Origin: Mobula hypostoma
Lineage: Eukaryota
DNA length: 64,000 bases
Direction of reading: 5' to 3'
NCBI RefSeq assembly: GCF_963921235.1
Contig: NC_086097.1
Coordinates: forward strand, 184,018,001-184,082,000
Part shown: piece by piece, positions 40,201 through 52,987 of the stretch
How positions within the stretch are numbered: the first letter of the stretch is position 1
Layout of the letters: the number at the start of each line of letters is the position of its first letter
Notes under the pieces: model-generated
Seen by the model: only the letters and a program-made list of their open reading frames with translations
What the model was told of the DNA's origin: nothing
Database searches by the model: none
Program-made: the position numbers and the translations under genes

Positions 40201-40825
40201 ATAGTGATTAACTTTGTCCCTGTATCCTGCCATGTCAGTCTGAATTCCTGTTACTCGATAATATGCACACATTGTGAATGTCTTTACTTCTAATGACCAT
40301 TTCATGTGTGTCTTCTTCTCTTAACTGCTTGAGTGGTCTCAGTTGTAAGTGGACTTCGCCCTTGAGAAACACTTGCAGCAGTCGCAGCCTGTGGTGTTGG
40401 TGGGCTACTTTGAACACTGTCTGCACCTTGTTTGGGTTTCCCAGTGCCTGCCCACCTATCCAGCGGTGCAACACTAGAGGTTTACTTCATGCCACACCCA
40501 GGGCTAACTCCAGGCATTCCCTGGCAATCCCCAGGCAGAGGCCATATCACTCTGTTCTATAGACATCTCTCTATTTCTAAAGCAGAAGGGTATATATAGC
40601 TTTTTCTACCTGTAGCAAGGTTTTGGTCTATGCAACCCCTAACATGAAGACAAGAGCACCACCCACTCTGGGTACAACATACCTGGATTTGTTTCTCTTT
40701 TGGTCCATGGGTGCCATTTTATTTCTCATCTTCCCAGCATAGCTGCAAAGCTTTCCCTAGTTGATCACCTGGGGTTGCACCCGATGGGGGACAAAAAACC
40801 CCTCACAGGGTTTCAAATAATAAAT

Positions 40826-41319
40826 AGAACCATAGAACCATAGAAACTACAGCACAGAAACAGGCCTTTTGGCCCCTCTTGGCTGTGCCAAACCATTTTC
40901 TGCCTAGTCCCACTGACCTGCACACGGACCATATCCCTCCATACACCTCCCTTCCATGTATATGTCCAATTTATTCTTAAATGTTAAAAAAGAACCCCCA
41001 TTTACCACCTCGTCTGGCAGCTCATTCCATACTCCCACCACTCTCTGTGTGAAGAAGCCCCCTGTAATGTTCCCTTTAAACATTTCCCCCCTCACCCTTA
41101 ACCCATGTCCTCTGGTTTTTTTCTCTCCTTGTCTCAGTAGAAAAAGCCTGCTTGCATTCACTCTATCTATACCCATCATAATTTTATATACCTCTATCAA
41201 ATCTCCCCTCATTCTTCTATGCTGCAGGGAATAAAGTCCTAACCTATTCAACCTTTCTCTGTAACTGAATTTCTCAAGTCCTGGCAACATCCTCGTAAAT
41301 CTTCTCTGCACTCTTTCAT
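40826..41319 (-). mobile_element. Young CR1 3' fragment
   Basis: ERVQRRFTRMLPGL...TRGH...; near-identical to about 55874-56360; AACCATAG tail repeats. Confidence 0.92.
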
Positions 41320-41359
41320 TTAATAACATTTCAACAATAATGATAATAATAATTATTAT

Positions 41360-41946
41360 TATCGAAACACTCCGGTTCTGTCGGCTGCGTAAGTCTAGGG
41401 AAGACAATCTCCAGTCCCGCCAAACGTGTGAGATTGAGGAGCGAGCCCACTGTGAAACCTCTTGATTGTGTGGATGCTGAGTGATTTGCTACCCTGTTAC
41501 AAATCAGTACCATGAAATTGCAGACAGTACACCGCATACACTTAAATGATGTAGCTTTATAATTCTTAAAGTGACTTAAGGGTTGGTAAAGAAAAAGCAA
41601 AAAGAGAAAAGGGCCCATTTTAATGAAACAGTCTAATGTGCACAAGTTGGAGCTCACGGTTTCCCCTCCACCGATCCTCCTTCAATCTCCCTGGGCTTTG
41701 TCGAATCATAGCCCCACTCCGGGTCGAGTCCAACGATCTCTTCCCTCCAGCATCTTCTCCCTTCATCTCCCAATCTCCCACTGAACCAAAGACCCGGCTC
41801 ACACTGGTGTCAGGCACACAACACGAAAAACACACTCCCCTCATTGGACAGCTCACACTCCAAAGCACCAATGATCTCTAACCATAACCCAAACACTGCT
41901 TCTGAAAGACCATTACGTTAGCGGTGAAACTTTTCCCAGGGTGTTG
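41360..41946. mobile_element. Solo-LTR-like insert related to 28272-29333
   Basis: Same motif order (CTTTATA...A-rich run...GTGC.CAA..TTGGAGCTCA...C-rich tract...AACCCAA); possible TTAT TSD; termini not canonical TG...CA. Confidence 0.5.
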
Positions 41947-41950
41947 TTAT

Positions 41951-42557
41951 AACTATGTTTTCTTTCTTTTTGCATTTTCACAATTTGTCATCTGTTGCAC
42001 ATTGGCTGTCCACCCTGTTGATGTTGTCTTTCATTGATTCTATTATGATTATTGGATTTATTGAGTATGCCCACAAGAAAATGAATCTCAGGATTGTATA
42101 GGATGACGTGTTTGTATTTTGATAATATATTTACTTTGATATTTGATCTTGAACTACTATCAATCTCTCAAGGTTGCCACGCAAATTGATAGGGTGTCTA
42201 AGAAGGCATATGATGTGTTGGCCTTCATTAGTCAGGGGACTGAGTTCAGTCTCTGTCTGTGAAGTAATGTCACAGCTCCATAAAACTCTGGTTAGACCGA
42301 CAAACTAGGGACTCACTTTCAAGGACTCTACAGCTCATGTTTTCTATATTATTTATTTTACTTGTTTATTTATTGCTGGTATTTCTTTTCCATTTGCACA
42401 GTTTATATTGTTTTGTCAGTTTTTGTGGGTAGTTTTTTTTATTGATTCTATTGTATTTCTTTGTTCCACTGTAAATGCCTACCAGAAAATGAATCTCAGG
42501 GTGGTATGGTGACATATATGCACAGTACTTTGATAATAAATTTAATTTGAATTTTGA
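41951..42557 (+). mobile_element. Two copies of a LINE 3'UTR/tail (41951-42153 and 42303-42557), probably Rex1-type
   Basis: Both contain AGAAAATGAATCTCAGG...TTTGATAATA.ATTTA.TTTGA and TTGA-repeat tails. Confidence 0.65.
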
Positions 42558-43145
42558 CCACACTTGGAGAATTGTGTTAACTTCTGATATTCTCATTATA
42601 GGAAGAATGTGGAGGCTTTAAAGTAAGTGCAAAGGAGATATATCAGGGTGTTCAAACAACACATATCAAAGTTGCTGGTGAACGCAGCAGGCCAGGTAGC
42701 ATCTCTAGGAAGAGGTACAGTCGACGTTTTGGGCTGAGACCCTTCGTCAGGACTAACTGAAAGAATAGCTAGTAAGAGATTTGACTTGATAGCAGCGTAT
42801 AAGATGGTAAAAGGAATAGATTGAGTAAATAGCCAGAGACATTTTCCCAAGGCAGAAATAGCTAATATGAGAGGGCAATTTTTTAAGGTGATTGGGGGAG
42901 AGTATAGAGGGTATGTCAAGGTAGATTTCTTACATAGAGTGGGTGCATAGACCATGCTGCCAGGGGTGGGGCTGTAGGCATATACTTTAGGGACATTTAA
43001 GAGACTTTTAGATCGTCACATAGAAAAAATAAAAATGAAAGGCTATGTGGGGGACGGTCAGACTGATGTTAGACCTGGTTAAAAGGTTGTCATGACATCA
43101 TGAGCCAGAAGGTCTGTACTGTGCTGCTTTGTTCTATGTTCTATG
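42160..43145 (+). mobile_element. Degraded CR1 3' fragment with nested inserts
   Basis: DRVSKKAY.VLAFIS; YKTLVRP; tail GTTCTATGTTCTATG; interrupted at 42303-42557 and 42651-42784. Confidence 0.75.
42651..42784 (-). mobile_element. Penelope pLTR fragment with a mutated hammerhead (42719-42754)
   Basis: Minus strand AGTC-CTGACGA-AGGGTCTCAGCCC-AAAA-CGTC-GACT; GAAA is changed to AAAA. Confidence 0.8.
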
Positions 43146-44669
43146 TTCACAAGAATTGTCTCTCTATTCAAATTTCCATTTGAGACTTACAATTTCCCCA
43201 ATATACTCAAATTGGCAACAACACCAAAATGGATGTTGAGCACAACTGTGAAGTGCTGGCTCTCCTTAGAGATCTGGCAATTTTGTTGGAGTCAACCTAC
43301 TTTGAATCCAAAATGCATCCAATTCTGGGCAGCTTCAGAAGTGCCGCATTGTGGAAATGTAGCCATTGAGTATTGGCAAAGATTTTGTCTTTGAAAAAGA
43401 GCAGAGGTAATATTCATCTCTCAAACCACACAAAGGAGAAAACAAATTAATCTAATCTGCTGCTTTTGTCCTCCTTTCTGTGCAATAATTGAATCTTGTA
43501 TTTGACTTCATTGCTGATATTGCTATGCCTCAAAAAGTAATTAATTGTCAGTAAGATTATTTGTATTACTTTTAAAAATGTAAAAACGTTTTTATTCATG
43601 TATTTTTAAAATCCTTACAAAAATGATAATGTACAAAGTTTCAGAACTTTGTTCTATACGAGTTCGAGGTTTTATGACAGCACTTCATTCTATAAAAGTC
43701 AATGGATCCCACAAAATGAATTGAGAAACAAATGTGATCTGAAGGTGAAAATGAGAAATGTGATCTCAATTTGAAAACCTAGCTGCAGTCAGAGGAATAC
43801 CATAATAGGGTATTCCAAATCAAACCTAACTGTGTCCCAACTGTATGTTAATAAACATAAATCAAATCATCAGTGTCTATTGCACAAAAGTAGCCAGAGG
43901 TATCATTATTATTCAGAGGTTATAGATTCTTGTAACTGAAGATGAAGCCTGAACTGTCAGCTACCCAACAACATCACAAGATCTCCCAATGTCCAAAGCT
44001 CTGCTTTGTTACCTGACTTTGTAAAACTTGACTGCTGGCCTTAGACTTCACATCAAAATGTTGCCTTCTCCATGCTCTGAAGAATAGTCTAATCTTTCTA
44101 CTTCAGCTTCCCAGAAATAGTGACCTTGAGTCTTTTGATTCTCACTTTTTCACCCTGAGAAGAGTTGAACCTTTAGCTTGCCTCGCTTCTGCTTAGAACG
44201 TTCTCCTAGGACCTTGGGTTCTGGCCTACTGTGCATTATTTTTGAAACTTCTGCTGGCCAGGATGTCAACATGATTGGCTACCAATGGTAATCGTGGACA
44301 CAGAAGCAAATCCTTTAGCCCGTCATGGCCACGATGATTCTCAAGTAGCTATCCATAAAATCCCCTTCACCAACTCTTGAACTACAGCTGTCTATCCCTT
44401 GGTGACTCAAATGCTCATTTATGTGCTTCTGAAATGTTCAAAGTCAAAGATGAATGTATGGCCATTTATGCAAGTACATGTATGTATGGGTGCAATGAAA
44501 GACTTATTTTCAGCAACACCATAAGCACATAGCATCAGATCAGCAGCATTAGAATGAAATAAAATAAATTTATTGTAATGCAAAGTGATCAAGGTGTTGC
44601 TATACTGTCTCTATCATCCCCCTTCAGACTGCAACTGACAAATGTCTTCCGTAGAGCTCCTCTAGAACA

Positions 44670-45920
44670 GAGAGCATAGAACATAGAATAGTATACATTT
44701 TGGCCCATGACTTTGCATTGACCCTTTAACCTACTCCAAGATCAATCTAATACCTCCCTCTCAGATAGCCCTCCATTTTTTTAAATCTATGTGCCAATCT
44801 GAGAGTCTCTGGAGTTTGGCATCTCTAACCTGGAGAAAAGCTTCTGACTGTCTATCCTTTTAAGGCCTCTCATAATTTTAAAACTTCTTTCAGGTCTCCT
44901 GTTAGCCTCTGATGCTCCAGAGAAAGCAAACTCATTTTGCCCAACCTTTCATTATAGCTCATACCTTCAAATACACATAGCATTCTGCTAAACTTTTTCT
45001 GCACCCACACCACATTCTCCACAACTTTCCCACAAAGGGGTAACCAAACGATTGATCCATCCCCATGCTTTGGGCTTGTGTTGCAGCCAGAGGCACAGGG
45101 AACATTCATTTACTGGTAGAGGGAAGAATGAATTCAATTAAATAGCGGCAAATTCTGGAAGCAAACATCACACCGTCTGTAAAAAAAAAGTCGAAGATGA
45201 AAAGAGGATGGCTTCTACAACAGGATAATGATCCTAAACAAACCTCAAAATCCACAATGGACGACCTCGAGGCACAGGCTGAAGGTTTTGCCATGGCCCT
45301 CACAGTCCCCTGACCTAAACATCATCGAGAATCTGTGGATAGACCTCAAAAGTGCAGTGCATGCAAGACGGCCCAAGAATCTCACAGAACTAGAGGCTTT
45401 TTGCAAGGAAGAATGGGTGAAAATCCCATAAAAACAAGAATTGAAAGACTCTTAGCTGGCTACAGAAAGCGTTTACAAGCTGTGATACTTGCCAAAGGGG
45501 GTGTTACTAAGTACTGACCATGCAGGGTGCCCAAACTTTTGCTTCGGGCCCTTTTCCTTTTTTGTTATTTTGAAACTGTAAAAGATGGAAATAAAAAAGT
45601 AATCTTCCTTAAAATATTAAAGAAATACGTCATCTTTAACTTTATGCCTTTTGGAAATCAGTTCAACTTCTACTCGCTTAGCTGTTCACAGTAACAGAAA
45701 TTTTGACCAGGGGTGCCAAACTTTTGCATACCACTGTATGTTCTATTATATTCTGTGATAGTCCTTTACACTGTCCACATCGCCACTAATTTTGATGGCG
45801 TTCGTAAACTTGCTAATCTATCCATCTACATTTCATCCAAGTCATTGATATCTGTCACAACATCAGGGGTCCCAGCACTGATCCTTGCAGAGCACCATTG
45901 GTCATGACCATCTGGTAGGA
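44670..45920 (-). mobile_element. Degraded CR1 fragment interrupted by Tc1
   Basis: CATAGAACATAGAA tail; ORF 44870-45109 VQKKFSRML...SYNERL; resumes at about 45760 (SKF...DQCWDP region). Confidence 0.65.
45050..45736 (+). mobile_element. Tc1-family transposon, 3' half
   Basis: [30 protein letters not shown]; terminus CACTG-TA; inner direct repeat GGTGCC(C)AAACTTTTGC at about 45527 and 45712. Confidence 0.9.
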
Positions 45921-47499
45921 ATAGCACCTCTGCAGGGCAAATCTCCTGTTTCAGCAGACTTGACTGCACTTCATTCCAAACAAAAGTGAATTTCCTCCAT
46001 TGTTAATACTACAATCACTGTGTCAGCTCTGCTCACAAGGGTTTGAATTTCATAGAATTTCATGATAGAAAATCGTTTAACAATTTTGAAAGAGAAGTAC
46101 AATGTTAAATGGCTGTTAATACATTATATATCCTATATACATTATTGCATTAAAATAACCAAGGACAAATATCTACACTACAAGGTCTATGCATTTCCAA
46201 AATAAATTGAATCTTTTCTCACATAAGCAACTTGTATTCAAGCCCATACTTTGAGGAGAAGATGTTGCAGTGTCAGCAGAATATTAGTCAGTTGGCTGGA
46301 ATGAAGAGTTTGGTTCTTAGAATAACTTTCACAATTTGAGATTGCGGGAAAGAATTTTCATACAATGTTGCCGATGGAAATACACAGAAGAGAAAGAAAA
46401 TGGAACGAAAGGGAATTTCAGGTAGTAGTCTGGGAATGGAAACTCAGTGCATAATTAATAGCATGGGAGCAGACAAATTCTGCTTCATCAGATCCTAGTG
46501 TAAAGAAAATCACATCTATAGGTAGAAGGAACAGAATCACAAATTTGCTGATATTTTAAATTTTGTAAGGTATAAGGATAGTGGAAAGACTTTGTACAGA
46601 AATATATATGCTAATACAATGTGCAAAATAAGATATGAAATAAATTCATGGCAATGCATTTTAAGAAGCTAAGAGTAAAGATAGACTTACTGAAACTATT
46701 GCAAATGCTGTATGGAGAATAATATTTATATATTGAAACTGAGGTTCATAGAGCATTATAACCTTTTGAAAGAGGGAGTTTATCTCAAAGGGTACAGTAT
46801 CTCCATTCAATCTGTTGCATATTACATTTGGAATATCATGTAGTGCTTAGCATGCTGTTATGAGAATGAAAATTAAAGTTAAAAGCCACAGATTATGTGA
46901 GGCATATAGAGATGAAGAGAAGTTTATGACATTAATACAATTTTCACTGGATAAAAGAAAGATAAACTAGATTTTGAGTTTGTGAGGAGTTACTTTAGAA
47001 AGTGAAAAGGAAAAGACTGTTGCTGTCAAAAGATAAGAGCATCATTTTTTAAAGATTTTCAACAATAAGCTGTATTATTGACAGCCTGGCTTGCTTTTAC
47101 TCACTTGGAACCATCGAAGATTACAACATAGAGGAGACAATGACAGTGAGGGGAATTGTTAGGAGAGCAGATACCTCAAATGTAGAATACAGGACATTTT
47201 TGAAGAAGAAAGCATTTTTCTTCAGGGTAGGTTCAGTCAGTATCCATAGTAAACGAAGAAAAAAAAAGTTAGGCAGTTCTATTAGTTGTAAATAGTTGTG
47301 ACAAACATAGCCTGACAAAAAGTCTCTTCTCCAGGCTTAATAACTTCAAAATTGCTAATTGTCTCTTTCGGATTTAAATGCATACCAGTGTTGTTTCTAC
47401 TCCTTCTGAGCACCTCCAACAATATCTCTTTAAATATGTTTTACCCAGGTGACTTACACTTTCAGGCAAACAAAGGGACAGAACTTGGATCTCAGTACA

Positions 47500-47536
47500 A
47501 ATATATATATACATATACACACACACACACACACAC
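47500..47536. repeat. (TA)n(CA)n microsatellite
   Basis: Direct dinucleotide runs. Confidence 0.85.
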
Positions 47537-47934
47537 TTAGTAAAAACAGTATTTAATATTGGCCCTAATTATCTGTAAAAATCCCGGTCTGACACACCTT
47601 GGCACCAATTACAAAGATCTTCACTTGGTTCTTGAGTCCAGGGTTCTTTGCTCTTTACAAGGGTCCTACCACAGGTGGTACTGGTGTCATCTTTGATCCC
47701 TTGGTTGGTACCCTTAATATTTGACTGTCTTGTATGTTGACTACCAAGCTTACTGGTGAGGGTTAGTTATACCTGTATTAAGTCTTTCCAAAAACTTCAA
47801 TGTTGTACTTCTGTTTTGCAATCTATTATTTTAAAACATTTTATTTGTAAATCAAAGTTCTGTAAGTGTGAATTCAAAACCTAGAAAGACAAATTCATTC
47901 TGTAGAATGTCAGAAATCAACTACTGTAGTATCA

Positions 47935-48074
47935 GTACGAAGTCCTGACGAAGGGTCTCGGCCTGAAACGTCGACTGTACCTCTTCCTAGAGATGCTGCC
48001 TGGCCTGCTGCGCTCACCAGCAACTTTGATGTGTGTTGCTTGAATTTCCAGCATCTGCAGAATTCCTGTTGTTT
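47935..48074 (+). mobile_element. Short Penelope pLTR insertion with 12-bp TSD
   Basis: ACTGTAGTATCA at 47923-47934 and 48075-48086; the body matches 12631-12764. Confidence 0.88.
47941..47976 (+). ncRNA. Minimal type I hammerhead ribozyme (predicted)
   Basis: AGTCCTGACGAAGGGTCTCGGCCTGAAACGTCGACT, identical to 12631-12666. Confidence 0.8.
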
Positions 48075-48599
48075 ACTGTAGTATCATGTCAGTTTGGATC
48101 TTATCAGTCTAAGCACAGCTTGGCCAACTCTCCCAAGGTTTCCAGCCACTGTTCTGCTTACACAATGGAGAATAATGCAGCCAGTGCATGGGATAGTGTT
48201 TGTAGCAGAGACTAAAGTCAATGGCAGTAGTTTTCTCAATACTTGGAAGAACTAACTGCTCACCTGATAGTGGATGTTAAAAAACAATCTGGGAAGATAG
48301 TTTGGGGAAATCAAAACCGGTGTCCCTGGTGTAGAATTGGTTATATTTAATGTACGTGAGGAACTCTGCAGTGTAGTTTGGGTGATGCAGTTAGTGGGAA
48401 TACACAGATGACGAAGAAAAGGGAGCTAAGGAGAAGTCCAACAATGTTATGGGGCAGAATGAGAAATGCTTAGCAGTGCCTAAATAATGTTTGGGCATTG
48501 GAGCAGATGGATGACAGAAGAAAAGTATTGGCAACAAGTAGTAACTTACAGTATTTATATTAAACTACAGAAGTTAATGTTGAGTTATTAATGTTATAG

Positions 48600-48950
48600 A
48601 GTTGCGAGGTGAGATGTTATTTCTTCAGCTTAAGTTTAATTAAAACATCGACCCTGACTAATTTTGATAGAAGCACAATAGAAAGCAACTTATCTGGCTA
48701 TAATCACAGCTTGGCATGTTAACAGTTCTACTCAATATCAGAGAAAACTGCAAAGAGCTGAGGATACATCACAAAGCCAACCTCCCCTCCATGGCCTCTA
48801 TCTGCACTTCTCACTGCTTTAGTAAAACAATCAACATAATCAAAGACTGGAGACATTCTCTCATCTTGTTCTTTTTAATTTGGCAGAAGATACAGAAGCT
48901 TGAAAATGTGCATCACCAGCTTCTATCAGCCTGTTTGAATACTCTTGAAT
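48600..48950 (+). mobile_element. Degraded Rex1 3' fragment
   Basis: NF.RSTIES.LSG.ITAW; LPSMASICTSHC.SK..NIIKD. Confidence 0.55.
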
Positions 48951-50039
48951 GTGTAAGGGAGAAATATATGAATCTTTGGTAAGATCATTCCTTGCCAGAA
49001 GTTAGAAAGAATCTTTAAGATATAATGAAATGAACAGTGCTTGTGGCTAGTAATTAATTGGGTGAATAATTAAAGATCCTCTCACTGACCTTGCCCTCTT
49101 CTGTGTGGTCATTAAATATCTTGCAGCACCCCACCTGGTTCATTGGAGTTTGATTCCTGAAATTGACCACTAAAAATAAGTTGTCCCATTGTCTTCAAGG
49201 TTTATGTACAGGTGGTTTTCCAAACCTTAGTAGCTACAGAACATCACTCTCACTTTCTAATTCCCCCACCATGACTTCCAGTAGCATCCAACAACTTCAG
49301 AATGCTACCTTCTGCCCTAACTGTAGTGCACCCCTTCTTAAATGATACCATCTCCCTTTAGACAGTGTAGTTTAGCTTTAACTCGAACTAGCCAGTCACA
49401 ACATTGCCTCCCTGCTGATGTGCACTCTCATTCAACAGCACGGTTAGCACTAGCTTGATAGTGAGATCATTATAGGAGCAGGCAGCATGAAGTTGGCATA
49501 TTGCCTGCATTGCAATCAATGAGATTGGGTTAATCATGCATTACAGTCCTTCTGTCTGTTTCAGATACTATTCAATTTAGCCTCCAATGCACTAATAGTT
49601 ACTTAATGTAACCTGCTGGGCAAGTCATGGCACAAATAACATCAAATGCCAGTTGCAGAAAATGATCTATGTTATTTACATTGTATGACGTTCATTCAAT
49701 GAGATAATTTCATGTTACACTACATTTGCCCTCTTGTCCTTTATCCAGGGAAAAAACGTAAAAAAAAATGTGGTATCACCTACCTTCTTCTGCCTCTTCT
49801 CTCAGCTCTGACCTGGACATTAATCACGGCATTTTTTGTTGATGGATATTTATAATTTTTAATGAAATTTTTACTGTAGCTTCTGGCTGAATTTTGTTGA
49901 TCCTTACAGGCATTCGGGTCAATAACCATAACAATGTTCATTTTACAGTTTATAGTTCTATTTTTTAAACATTAAACTTTTACAAAATTAATTGTCAGCT
50001 AGAAATAATATTGCATGCAAAGTAATAATTGATAAACAG

Positions 50040-50910
50040 CAGTCTGCCGTACGTTTTACTGTTGTCTTGGTGTGCCATAGAGTGGGGAGCCAGTGAGAAT
50101 GCATTACTCTAGATCTGTTGCGATAGGCTATTTACAACAGGTTCAGGCCCTTGCTCAGGAAGGAGTTAATTCCAGCCATAACAAATCCCTTGGAGCACGC
50201 ATTTACCATAGACCAGGAGATAGCCATTGAGAGTTCACCATGCTCTTCTTGGTTACTGGTATGATGCTGCCCTTTTGAGCCAAGCAGGAACTTCAAGCCA
50301 CAGCAGTGAGAATTTGAAGATTTTTTTTAATATATAGACACTCCAGCACACGTTTTCAGTACACAGCCAGATACACCTTGGGGCATGATGTCCTGTGAGG
50401 GTTCACCCTCCGGAAGGATATTCTGAGATTTGTCTCTGATATTGAGGTCATAGGACTGCTGGATACTATGAGGATTTGAACAAATACATGTTATTCTCCC
50501 TTTCAAAATATGCATGAAACACATTGGGCTCATAGGAAGTGAAGTATCACTGAAATTTATGCTGGTAGGGTTTGTCTTAAAGGAAGTAATGGATGCAAAT
50601 CCTGCCACAACTGTCATGTAGCTCTAATTTCACATGGAATTGCCTTTTCATTCTCACAATGGCCTTCTGTGCATCGTATCTGAATATCTTGTATGGTTCT
50701 GGATCACTGGTCTTGAACACCTCAGATCTAGCCTTTAAGCAGTCTGTGAATTTCCTGCTTCGTCCAGGGCTTCTGGTTTGAAAAAACTCAGTATGTTCTC
50801 AATGTCACACACTCATCCATGGAGGTCTTGATAAAGTCGGTGATGGCCATGGCATATTCATTCAGATCCAAAGATAGGTCCCTGAATATGGTCCAGTTCA
50901 CTCATTCAAA
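50040..50910 (-). mobile_element. Degraded Rex1/Babar fragment
   Basis: FE.VNWTIFRD (about 50880), NQKPWT (about 50770) and IIPVTKK (about 50255) remnants. Confidence 0.65.
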
Positions 50911-52987
50911 CTTAATTGTGTAGTGTTTCTATAATAACAGTGGAATAATGGAATCAGCCAACATATTGAGACCAAAATTACCACCTGTCAAAAATGATGT
51001 ATTGAATAAAGCTGAAAATATTAGGGAACATTATTTATGCTAATATCTATAATCCCATCTGTCCAGCTTGAAAACTATATCAGTACAGAAACTCACATTA
51101 TCAATCCTTCAAATGTTCCTAAGACTTTACAAGTAACAAAAAATATCGATCAGAGTAAATATTATGAAATTCATACATTTAGAAATGTATACACAAAAAT
51201 AATTTGCATGACTGTTTCATTATTAATACAATCACAAATTTCTATTAAGATCAGCCATTAAGCATTAATTGAGAATGTTTTGGCACTGAAGCTCATTATT
51301 ATTCTTTTTGCTTCTTTTCCATCACATTCTTTGAACCAGAACGTATACATCCAGCCCAAATGCCCCTCCGGTATTTGTTCTGTACATTGTAAAAATGTCG
51401 CCCTATCAATCATCTTCCACAGGCAAATAAAAACACCATAGTTTCAATTGCATGTCAAATTTCTGAATGAGGAAATGATTGCGATCCATAACATTCTTTC
51501 ATTTTTCTGTGATAAGAAGAAATGCAAGTTCTAATGAGAAGTTGTGATGGGAAAACAAAGGAGAACTATTTCTATTGGTAGCAGAGTTAGTAACCAAATT
51601 TAAGACAATTGCTAGAAGAATTGAAGAAAAAAAATGAGGAAAATACTTGGTTCTATGACCTGCAAGCATCCGGGCTATACCAGCTGGAAGTAAGATGAAG
51701 CAATTTAATATTAATTTTCATGAGCATGCTGTATATATTAGAAAGTAAAAGAACATCTTGTTTTATTTTTACTTTCATTTATGGCAATAGGTCTTGAAAA
51801 TAATCTCTGCAGAGAAAATTAAATTGTGTCTCCACCAACCTTGGCTGAGGATGTCCAAAGCTGACACATTTCTGGGGAAAATGCACAAGGGTTATGTTTG
51901 GGACATGCATACCATCTCTTGATGTCTTTTATCTTTGTTCAGATACAGGGTAAATTCTACGTTCATCTATGTGCAAGGCATTACATCAAGTTGCTCCTGA
52001 CTATACTGTTCTGGCAGCTTCTGCTCATGTGAATAAGTTCTAGCAGGACTGAAGCGAGACAATGAGCTTCTGCCATGCCCTGTGGTGATGCTATGACCCA
52101 TCTGTTACTCCTCTTTCCACCCCAGTCCCTGGTTCTATGCAGAGAAATTTAGAAGCAGTCAGGCAGAAGGTACATGGCATTAAAATACTGAGGAGTCTGT
52201 GGATAAAACCAAGCTAATGTCGGGGTGGGGGGAATAACCCTGTGATTTTAAAGTTTCCCATGAGAAGCTATTTGGCCCTGGTGAGTAAACTGCGATTGAA
52301 AGCAGCCACATGGCAAGGGCTGAAAATGAGTCTCCTTGATCCTTTCTGTGGGATTAAAGGGGAAGTTAACTTTCTAAGCAGCTGTGAAAGGTGCAATCTA
52401 CCTGAGTCAAGAGGCTGTCACACAGGATTTACGTTCATTATTGCATAATCGCCACAATAACATAAGGAAGCAAATGACTGAAAAGGGATTTTATGTGAAC
52501 TATGAGCAGCTGTTTTACAATGCAGTGCAGTTTGTCTTCAGCTGAAGCACAAAGTTCAGCTGGAAACACTATTGATTTGCTTACATAATTTCTACATGAT
52601 TGTTTTCCCACTAAATGTCATATTTCCTTATCCAGTTGTCACTGGAATGAATACAAGTGTTTTTTAAAAATGCGTTATTAGCTATCCATATGCTGGTTTA
52701 CAACAAAATCTATGTGTGGTAATACCTTATAAAATAAATAATGACGCAATGCTGCCAGCATGTGATTGATTATGGCAGAATTGCTAAAGTGCATCAATTA
52801 AAATTTGCATTGCAGAATTTAATAACATGTTTCTTAAACCCACTGCAGAATACTGGTACTGGTTAGGTTCAGCTAAAATATTTCTTGCCTTAAAATAATT
52901 GCATTTCCTTTTAACTTTGTATCTTTCATTTTTGTTTTATATTTTCCTTTCCATTATCTCTCTTCATCAGATTGTTAAGGCTACTTA

